DNA of 16,903 nucleotides from Candidatus Zixiibacteriota bacterium (GTDB lineage Bacteria; Zixibacteria; MSB-5A5; WJJR01). The translations under genes and the position numbers were made by a program. Positions 8,199-15,363 of this stretch are shown piece by piece (within the stretch, counting starts at the first letter, position 1; each line of letters opens with the position of its first letter). A model generated the notes under the pieces. That model had not been told where the DNA came from, ran no database searches, and saw nothing but the letters and a program-made list of their open reading frames with translations. The DNA is taken from positions 1-16,903 of the forward strand of contig JAVHPP010000044.1 of the NCBI GenBank assembly GCA_036170655.1, read 5' to 3'.

Positions 8199-8948
8199 TT
8201 AGGTCGCAGCCTTCGGCTCGAACTTTCCGTCGACAAAATCGGCGATCTTGCGGGCTTTCTTGGGGCCGATGCCTTCCACCTGTGTCAGGTCTTTCGCCGA
8301 CGCGGTGAATACAGAGCGCAGGTTGCTGTATTTCTTCAGCATCGCTTTGGCGGTCGTGGGGCCGACCTCGGGAAGAGCGCGGAGAATGTACTCTTGGAGA
8401 TCCGCTGGATCCTTGGGCAATAAGCTGTTACCATTACCATGACCATTACCATTACCGTTGCCGTTACTGCCACCATCGGTGGGCACTAACGCCTCGGCAG
8501 AGGCAGCCGCGACAGGCACAGGCTCGCTGATCGACAGCCCCATTCCGTTCTGCGCTTGATTGGTCATAATGTAGATCAATTCAGCGACTTCGTTCGTATC
8601 GCCGACGGTCAGGACCGGCACACGATTGTGCATCGCCACAAACGCCAGAGCGCCCCGCAACGCGCCGGGCGAAGTTGTCTCAGCCTGCGCGAAAAGATCT
8701 CCCTCAATCAGAATAATGGGCTCCGCGGCTGTGTGCTTGAACTCGAGAATGCGGCGGAAGATCGATTTGTCGGCTGTCATGCGGACAAACTCGGCGGCGG
8801 TCATGTGCCAAAGTACGCACTGGTCGGTAATCATAAACTGTCCGCCCCTCAGACTGGACTCGACAATCTGAACGCCCTTCTCTCGGAGGTGACTGACCAC
8901 CGTGCTATCAGAGGAGTAACTGTCAACGATCAAAGTCAGGGTCTTCAC
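8199..8948 (-). CDS. ERCC4/XPF-family domain plus tandem helix-hairpin-helix protein; catalytic motif degenerate
   Basis: Colinear with short archaeal XPF/Hef: LIVD...L..KGV.I....L..G.F...PIILIEGD...ALRGAL, then HhH2 QEYILRALPEVGPTTAKAML...VEGIGPKKARKI. GTG start with AAAGGA RBS. Confidence 0.88.
   Translation of the reverse strand: MKTLTLIVDSYSSDSTVVSHLREKGVQIVESSLRGGQFMITDQCVLWHMTAAEFVRMTADKSIFRRILEFKHTAAEPIILIEGDLFAQAETTSPGALRGALAFVAMHNRVPVLTVGDTNEVAELIYIMTNQAQNGMGLSISEPVPVAAASAEALVPTDGGSNGNGNGNGHGNGNSLLPKDPADLQEYILRALPEVGPTTAKAMLKKYSNLRSVFTASAKDLTQVEGIGPKKARKIADFVDGKFEPKAAT
8427..8465 (-). repeat. Degenerate hexamer tandem repeat encoding an (NG)n linker
   Basis: The + strand GTTACCATTACCATGACCATTACCATTACCGTTGCCGTT encodes NGNGNGNGHGNGN on the minus strand. 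Confidence 0.8.
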
Positions 8949-9366
8949 GCACCACGATCCTTTCTACACATCCAGACGCTCTACGACCTGCAACTTGCCT
9001 GTCAGTAGACTGTAACACCAAACAACCGGCGATGTTCCGCGCCATTCAACCGCGAGGCGAGATGGACAATCGACCAAACCTCGAGTGGGACGGAATTGAC
9101 AGCCCCTGACCAACACGGGACAGACCAGGAAGCGGTCCGCAAATGATACAATCACTGCGCCAATACCAGACACATACTGTATCGGCACGCCCCTGCGGTC
9201 AATCACAATGTACAGCAAATCGGCAATTCCGCAAGCCGTTCTTGCGACAAATCTGGGACTCCGGGCTGGCGAGTTCTGCACAGCATGCCTCTCCGCCTGC
9301 GATGATCTCCCGGAATGGCGCGCGCGACCTGCGGGATCGTAACGGACACGGGGAACAAGAGAACAA

Positions 9367-10662
9367 TTATGTCTTGCGTTCCTTCTTCTGCGCGGCGGGA
9401 AAGAGCACATTGTTGAGAATCAAACGGTAACCCGGCGAATTCTTATGCAGGCTCAAATCCGTGGGCGGGTCATAGATCAGGTGCTGGTAATCCTCGGGAT
9501 CGTGCCCACCCAAAAAGGTGAAAGTCCCCTTGTCCAGATTGCCGTGGAGGTAGCGTACTTCGTTCATCCCTTCGCTCTCGCCTAAGAGCGTGACATACTT
9601 CTTCACGAGGCTCTTCCGGAATGCCGTCGTCTGGCCCATGAAACCATCGACGACGCTGACGTGGTCCTGGACAAGCATCGTCGGAACCGGATCGAGCTTG
9701 GCGGAGAAATCGAATAACGTGAAGTAATCACCCTCGGGCCCGACATGCGATGCCAACCGGTCGGGCGTAGTGTCAATGTCGGAATGCCCATACTCAAAGG
9801 GATCGAGGGACACGGTGAATCCGGTAAAGGCCATGGCTTTGTCATAGTCCAGCTGTTTCTGACAATCCGGATCGGGGGGATCGCCATCGAATGACGCCGG
9901 GACGATATCGGTGTTCAGCGCCGATAAAGCGATGTCCAGGGTTTCTGTCGCCGAGCACATAGCGAAGAGAAATCCGCCACGTGACACGTAGTCTTTGATT
10001 GCCAGAGCGACCGCCTTCTTCTCGTCTGACACTTTCTTGAACCCCAATCGGTGCGCTGTCTCCTCGCACAGTTGGACTTCCTGACGGTACCAGAGTTCGT
10101 TGCGATAGGATCCGTAGAACTTGCCGTACTGGCCGGTAAAATCCTCATGGTGCAAGTGCAGCCAGTCGAATTGATCCAAATCCCCGCGCAGGACCTCCTC
10201 GTCCCAGACCTTCTTGTATTCGATCTGGGCGTAGGCGAGCGCCATGGTCACTGCGTCATCCCAAGGTTCAGTCGTTGGGTTGGTGTAGATGGCGATGGCC
10301 GGCGCTTTTTCCAAGAGGACTGATTCCATATTCTCGTTTTCGATGGTCTGGCGAATCTCGGCCTCCTGACCGGAACCGATGATCTCGTAGGAAACGCCGC
10401 GCACGTCGCAGGTGTCTTTGATGTCAGGATAGGATTCCATCAGGAACGACCCACCCCGGTAGTTCAAAAGCCACTCCACTTTCATGCCGCGTGTCAGGCA
10501 GTGAAACGTCACCCCGTAAGCTTTGAGGTGATCAACCTGCTTCAAGTCCATGGGGATGAAAAGCTTTGCGGCGCTGACGGGGGACGCCGCCAGCGATACG
10601 GCGGCCAAAGCCGTCATGAGTATGAGCAGTGATTGACCAGCGATCTTCATCAAATGACGCAT
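9367..10662 (-). CDS. Conserved secreted protein with class I glutamine amidotransferase-like domain (family often auto-annotated 'asparagine synthetase B')
   Basis: Signal peptide; family motifs IPMD..Q.DHLKAYG, WLLNYRGGSF, PWDDAVT, DWLHLHHEDFTGQYGKFY, GGFLFAMCSAT, GGHDPEDY and NSPGYRLILNNVLFPAA; AAGGAG RBS. Confidence 0.85.
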   Translation of the reverse strand: MRHLMKIAGQSLLILMTALAAVSLAASPVSAAKLFIPMDLKQVDHLKAYGVTFHCLTRGMKVEWLLNYRGGSFLMESYPDIKDTCDVRGVSYEIIGSGQEAEIRQTIENENMESVLLEKAPAIAIYTNPTTEPWDDAVTMALAYAQIEYKKVWDEEVLRGDLDQFDWLHLHHEDFTGQYGKFYGSYRNELWYRQEVQLCEETAHRLGFKKVSDEKKAVALAIKDYVSRGGFLFAMCSATETLDIALSALNTDIVPASFDGDPPDPDCQKQLDYDKAMAFTGFTVSLDPFEYGHSDIDTTPDRLASHVGPEGDYFTLFDFSAKLDPVPTMLVQDHVSVVDGFMGQTTAFRKSLVKKYVTLLGESEGMNEVRYLHGNLDKGTFTFLGGHDPEDYQHLIYDPPTDLSLHKNSPGYRLILNNVLFPAAQKKERKT

Positions 10663-10763
10663 ACTGAAACTCCTTGTCGCAACCGGGTGGCATGATACGC
10701 CATCGGTAAGCCCTTATACGCTCTGATCGGCAAAACGATGATTTTGTGTCGTGGCGCCCTCGC

Positions 10764-11414
10764 TCAGAATCGCAGCGACACGACCAGACGCACTTCGTCC
10801 TCCGGTGTGCGCAGCGCCTGACCACCCCAGAAATCGTCACCCATGCCGCGCGTCCGTTCGAGGGTCAAGAGATAGGCATCAGCATAGGCATCGAACATGG
10901 AGACGAACGCGGTCACTCCGGTTAGCCAGTAGAAATAATTGCGCCGATCGCGCGCGGAATTGTAGGGAGAGAAGTCGGCAACCTGACCGGTGCGTTCCCA
11001 TGTGTGCAGCCGATCCAGCGTCCGGTGACGCCAGATCAGCGCCTTGGTGAAGAAATAGGTCTCGATGCCGAAGTAGATGGCCGCCTTCTGTTTCTTCCCG
11101 TTGCTCCACTGCCCCCACCCGGGAACGGCCACCGACCGCAGCAACATCCCTGTGGGGGAACGCAAGAAAGTACTCTTCCTTTGGACGACGCGGTGCGGCG
11201 GCATTCCCGTGCTGTCCGTACTCAACGGCCCCCTGTGTGCCGTACCAGACAAGGTATCGCGGCGTATAGGTCCCATGTCCCCAGCAGGTCCCGGAGCGGC
11301 CGGAATCGTGCCGTCGTCGTCGGTCACCCGTGATGTGGCAGCGTCTGAGCGCCAGGGACACAACACCATGACAACCACCAGCGCCAAGAACAGACGTATG
11401 CCTGCCGGTCTCAT
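10764..11414 (-). CDS. DUF5683-family membrane protein
   Basis: ATG at 11414 begins a signal peptide (MRPAGIRLFLALVVVMVLC). Motifs SP....LRS.AVPGWGQ..NGK..KA and RDRRN...W......SMFDAYADAYL. The upstream extension to 12068 is antisense to the radical SAM gene and was rejected. Confidence 0.8.
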   Translation of the reverse strand: MRPAGIRLFLALVVVMVLCPWRSDAATSRVTDDDGTIPAAPGPAGDMGPIRRDTLSGTAHRGPLSTDSTGMPPHRVVQRKSTFLRSPTGMLLRSVAVPGWGQWSNGKKQKAAIYFGIETYFFTKALIWRHRTLDRLHTWERTGQVADFSPYNSARDRRNYFYWLTGVTAFVSMFDAYADAYLLTLERTRGMGDDFWGGQALRTPEDEVRLVVSLRF

Positions 11415-11550
11415 GAGAGCGCGCAATGGTTCGTTGGCTTCTGCGCCAAGCATCACCGTGTGTCTCGCCTGCATGCAGGACAATATCGTTCGACGGCCAT
11501 CGAACATCCACTGCTGAGTCCACGCCAACGGGCACAACTGGCCATTGCGC

Positions 11551-11579
11551 TTGGGAAAATCCCCGCCGCCCATTATCAT
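11551..11579 (+). promoter_or_regulatory. Possible sigma70 promoter of the radical SAM-TPR-pyrKD operon
   Basis: TTGGGA, 17 bp spacer, TATCAT. Confidence 0.45.
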
Positions 11580-11687
11580 ACACCGATGCCCAAGACCTGC
11601 CGGTTCAAGATCCGGCCCGAGATTCCCGCTTTCGGGCATGACGATGGGTGCGGCGATAACAGCGGCCTCGCGGCTTCTGCGGTCACA

Positions 11688-12578
11688 ATGGCCAAGAAAA
11701 CCGAGTTGTCCGCGCGCGTCGCGAAGGCAAGTGAGATGCTCGTTGCCTGCTCCGTGTGCCCACGTATGTGTGGCACCGCCCGTCTGGCCGGTGAAATCGG
11801 CCTGTGCCGGGCCGGGAAGAACCTCAAAGTGGCCAGTTGGACCCTCCACCAAGGAGAAGAGCCCCCGATCTCCGGAACCCGCGGCTCGGGGGCGATCTTC
11901 CTGTCCGGCTGTTCCTTGCGCTGTGTGTACTGCCAGAACTACCCCATCTCGCAGATGGCCGCCGGACAAGAAATGAGCGTCGAGGACCTCACGGCGATCA
12001 TGCTCAAGTTGCAGGCGTCTGGCGCCCACAATATCAACTTTGTCACCCCAACGCATTACGCGCCGCAAATCCTTGACGCCATCTTGCGCGCTCGGTCACG
12101 AGGACTGGCCATACCAATTGTGTGGAACACATCGGGGTACGAGCGTGTGGAAACACTGCGTCTGCTCGCCGGAATCGTGGACATCTATCTGGCCGATATG
12201 CGATATGGAGACGACGCGGCGGGCAGGAAATACTCAAAGGTGCCCGACTATGCATCAATCAACCGGGCGGCGATTCAAGAAATGCACCGTCAAGTTGGAA
12301 TTCTCACGCTGGACAGTCACGGGCTCGCCGAACGGGGGCTCTTGGTTCGCCATCTCGTGCTTCCGGGTGGAATCGCCGAATCGAGGACAGTGCTGGAATT
12401 TCTTGCGCAGGCAATTTCACCCCAGACAGCGGTCAGTGTGATGGGTCAGTACTTCCCTGCACACAAAGCAATGAACGATCCCCTGCTGAGACGGCAGATC
12501 ACGGCGGAGGAATACGACGACGTACTGGCCGCCTTTGAGGCGGCAGGACTCGAACATGGGTTCTGTCAGGAACTCTAA
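11688..12578 (+). CDS. Radical SAM protein, PflX family (PFL-activating-enzyme-related, function unknown)
   Basis: N-terminal CSVCPRMC...C, HQGEEPPISGTRGSGAIF, CxxxCxxC (CSLRCVYC), GAHNINFVTPTH, VWNTSGYE, LLVRHLVLPG and VMGQYFP. Start could be ATG 11586 or 11688. Confidence 0.92.
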   Translation: MAKKTELSARVAKASEMLVACSVCPRMCGTARLAGEIGLCRAGKNLKVASWTLHQGEEPPISGTRGSGAIFLSGCSLRCVYCQNYPISQMAAGQEMSVEDLTAIMLKLQASGAHNINFVTPTHYAPQILDAILRARSRGLAIPIVWNTSGYERVETLRLLAGIVDIYLADMRYGDDAAGRKYSKVPDYASINRAAIQEMHRQVGILTLDSHGLAERGLLVRHLVLPGGIAESRTVLEFLAQAISPQTAVSVMGQYFPAHKAMNDPLLRRQITAEEYDDVLAAFEAAGLEHGFCQEL

Positions 12579-12579
12579 G

Positions 12580-15363
12580 ATGCCCACTTGCCATCACCGT
12601 GCCACCGGACGGCGCACCCGGCGCCGTTTCGCTTGGTCTCGCTTCGGACCGCGGCTGGCCACGGTGTGGTTCGTTGCCGCGCTGTTGCCGTTCGCTGCGG
12701 GTGGATGCGTGTACTTTAATACCTTCTATCATGCCAAGAAGTTCTTCAACGAAGGCGAAAAGACACGCAAGAGCACCGGTGACCGGACAGCCGGGATCAG
12801 CGCCGGCAAGAACTCCTATGAGAAGGCGATTGAGAAAGCCAGCAAGATCGTCCAGAAGCATCCCAAGAGCAAGTACCACGACGACGCGCTCTTTCTCATC
12901 GGAACGTCATACTTCTACATCAACAACTACACCAAGTCAGAGGCCGCCTTCCGGGAATTGCTGGCGACCCACCCCAAGTCCAATCTCGTCGAAGAATCGC
13001 GCTTGTATCTGGCGCGTTGCCGTGTGGAGCTGGGAGACGATCCCGCCGCGTTTCGCGCCTTCACTGAGCTGGCCGAAACCGCCCACAAGCCGGCCTGGCG
13101 TGCCGAGGCCATCTTCCAGCGTGGCGGATACTTCCTGAAGAATACATTCTACGATTCGGCGGCCATCGAGTACGATCGCATCTTGAACGAATACAAGGAC
13201 AGTGAACGAACGCTGGATGCACGGTTGCGCGCGGCAGAGACACGCCGTCACCTCGGGCAGTACGATTCCGCCATCGCCCTATATGCCCCGCTGATTGACG
13301 ATAATATCGTGCTGACGCGCTTTCAGGCCCGCGCGGGAACAGGCGAAGCACTCTATGAATCTGACCGGCCGGACTCGGGCAATACCATCTTCCGCGCGAT
13401 GGCCGATGACGAAAAGTACGCCGATTCCATCGGGACAATTCGTCTGCTGCTTGCCCGCGGATTAAAGGCGATCGGGGACGACAAGGGCGCCTGGCGTCAG
13501 TATGAACAGATCACGGCGCTTCTGGAAAAAACCCTCTGGTCGTCGGAAGCTTATTTCCGCATGGCCGAGATCAGGCAGTACCGTGACAAGGATCTGGTCG
13601 ATGCCCGTGATCTCTATGAGAAATGCCGGCTCGAGAGTCCCAACGGACCCTTATCACAACAAGCGCTGACTCGCTCGGCCAACATCACCAAGCTGGAGCA
13701 GTTCCGCAAGGAGTTGGGCCGGGGCGAACTCAGAGGTCTCACCGAGGAGTTCGCCGAGACGAAGCCGTACGATCCTGCGCAACTCCCGCGTCTCGAGCGA
13801 ACGGCGAGGCATTCACCGCGCGAGGCACGGCCACCCGATTATCACCTCGCGTCCGCTGCAGACTCGACCGCGACAGTGTACGGCCCGGAAGCTCCGATGG
13901 ATTCCTCTCTGCAGTTGGCGGAGCCGGCAATCCCGCCGGATTCCAGCGCATTGGTACAAGGCCCCCCGGCTCCGGCCCAAACGCCGGATTCGTCGCGCGC
14001 ACAGAACAATTCTCCGACAACAGCCGAGGCCGAACCATTCGGACCACCCATCTCGCTGGCGACCTACTATGGTCCCCCGGTGAGCCAAGCCGACATCGCG
14101 TACAACGAACGCATCGGCATCCTGCTTTCTGATTCCGACTGGCAGTTGCTGATTGGGGGGAAAGGGGCTTTGGGTCCGCCCTCGCCGGCTTATCTGCATG
14201 AATTTGGGACGGGCAATCTCCTCGGTCCGCCCGCTCCACCCGATTCGGTTCTCAACCGCGTCGTGCTGACTGCCCAAGTCGACAGCGCCACGTTACAAAT
14301 GAAAGCCGCGCGTGACTCAGCCCGCGTCACCCGACAGGCGGAATTGGACAAGATCAAATCGTCTGCCAACGCCCAATTGCAACTCGCTGAGTTGTATCGC
14401 TTCGACCTGGGGTACCCCGATTCGGCGCTGGGGGAGTACGAGAACATGGTGGAACGCTACCCCAAAACACTCTTCGCTGCCAAGGCCCTTTTGGGAGCGG
14501 CCGATGTGTTGATGGATGCTTTGGCGGATACGGTCCAAGCCGTGGCCCATCTCGAACGCATTCTCAGTGAGTATCCCTATTCCGACTACGCCGGTGATGC
14601 GATTGCCCGGCTTCACCGGGAGGGGTCACCGGCCGACACCGCCCATCCACTGCTGGCCTATCGTAAGGCCGAAGAAGCAATGCTCGGAAAACATAATCCG
14701 AAACGAGCCATTGACCAGTTGGAAGAGTTCCTCAACCGTTATCCCGATTCGCGGCTGGTTCCCAACGCGGAGTTTGCCATCGCGTCTCTGCGCGAAACAT
14801 ACTTTCCGACAGAAGATTCGACTGTTCTTTTGGCCTACAAGGAGATCCAGACAAAGTACCCGAGCACTGCGTTCGCCGATGCGGCCGCCCAGAAGCTGAC
14901 ATTCACGGTCAAGCGCCCGCAGAAACGTGTCGTCCCGAAGATCCAAGACACGACGACGACCGTCGGCGCCAACCCCGCGGTGGCAACCACGGCCGACACG
15001 CTGGAAAAAAAACTCGCGCACATGCCCAAGGCGCCACGTCCCAAGTTCCAGGGACCATTTGTGTATCCAGAATCCGAAATCGGGAGAAACTGGAAGGGGA
15101 TTGTCGCCTTCAAGATCCTGATTGGACTCGATGGCCAGATCGTCGAAAAACAACTGGTGCGTCCGTCACCATCACCTGAGATTGACGAAGCGGCACGGAT
15201 CGCGGTGTTGCAAACATACTTCTTTGCCGATTCGCTGGCATTGGACACACTGAACCGTTTCCGCACTGACTGGTGGTACCTGTATGAGATCCAGGTAACC
15301 CCTCCCGCCACCGAGCAGGATCAACTCCAGCAACTCTTTCCCAACCAGCAGAATAACCCGTGA
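12580..15363 (+). CDS. Large TPR lipoprotein (SprE/PorW-like N-terminus) with C-terminal TonB-C-like domain
   Basis: Lipobox AAGG-C followed by VYFNTFYHAKK; KAIEKASKIVQKHPKSKYHDDALFLIG; many TPR/YfiO-like repeats (..YP.S); C-terminal FVYPESE...KGIVAFKILIGLDGQI......PS.SPEIDEAARIAV. ATG at 12580 lies just after the radical SAM stop. Confidence 0.85.
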   Translation: MPTCHHRATGRRTRRRFAWSRFGPRLATVWFVAALLPFAAGGCVYFNTFYHAKKFFNEGEKTRKSTGDRTAGISAGKNSYEKAIEKASKIVQKHPKSKYHDDALFLIGTSYFYINNYTKSEAAFRELLATHPKSNLVEESRLYLARCRVELGDDPAAFRAFTELAETAHKPAWRAEAIFQRGGYFLKNTFYDSAAIEYDRILNEYKDSERTLDARLRAAETRRHLGQYDSAIALYAPLIDDNIVLTRFQARAGTGEALYESDRPDSGNTIFRAMADDEKYADSIGTIRLLLARGLKAIGDDKGAWRQYEQITALLEKTLWSSEAYFRMAEIRQYRDKDLVDARDLYEKCRLESPNGPLSQQALTRSANITKLEQFRKELGRGELRGLTEEFAETKPYDPAQLPRLERTARHSPREARPPDYHLASAADSTATVYGPEAPMDSSLQLAEPAIPPDSSALVQGPPAPAQTPDSSRAQNNSPTTAEAEPFGPPISLATYYGPPVSQADIAYNERIGILLSDSDWQLLIGGKGALGPPSPAYLHEFGTGNLLGPPAPPDSVLNRVVLTAQVDSATLQMKAARDSARVTRQAELDKIKSSANAQLQLAELYRFDLGYPDSALGEYENMVERYPKTLFAAKALLGAADVLMDALADTVQAVAHLERILSEYPYSDYAGDAIARLHREGSPADTAHPLLAYRKAEEAMLGKHNPKRAIDQLEEFLNRYPDSRLVPNAEFAIASLRETYFPTEDSTVLLAYKEIQTKYPSTAFADAAAQKLTFTVKRPQKRVVPKIQDTTTTVGANPAVATTADTLEKKLAHMPKAPRPKFQGPFVYPESEIGRNWKGIVAFKILIGLDGQIVEKQLVRPSPSPEIDEAARIAVLQTYFFADSLALDTLNRFRTDWWYLYEIQVTPPATEQDQLQQLFPNQQNNP

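Noticed and set aside
7974..8423. 149 aa + strand ORF containing VIASEAKQS
   Set aside because: Translation of the REP element running antisense into the ERCC4 gene; a common source of spurious hypothetical proteins.
8964..9430. 148 aa (-) and 95 aa (+) ORFs in the gap upstream of the ERCC4 gene
   Set aside because: No RBS or recognisable motif, Arg-rich random composition, and both overlap the end of the 431 aa gene.
9367..10662. Calling this gene asnB
   Set aside because: It lacks the Ntn Cys and SGGxDS motif and has a signal peptide.
11415..12068. N-terminal 218 aa extension of the 434 aa minus-strand ORF
   Set aside because: Largely antisense to the radical SAM gene. The DUF5683 protein has a good signal peptide starting at 11414.
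11688..12578. Radical SAM as a RiPP maturase or viperin-like defence enzyme
   Set aside because: Motifs match the PflX family. There is no SPASM/RRE domain and no adjacent precursor peptide.
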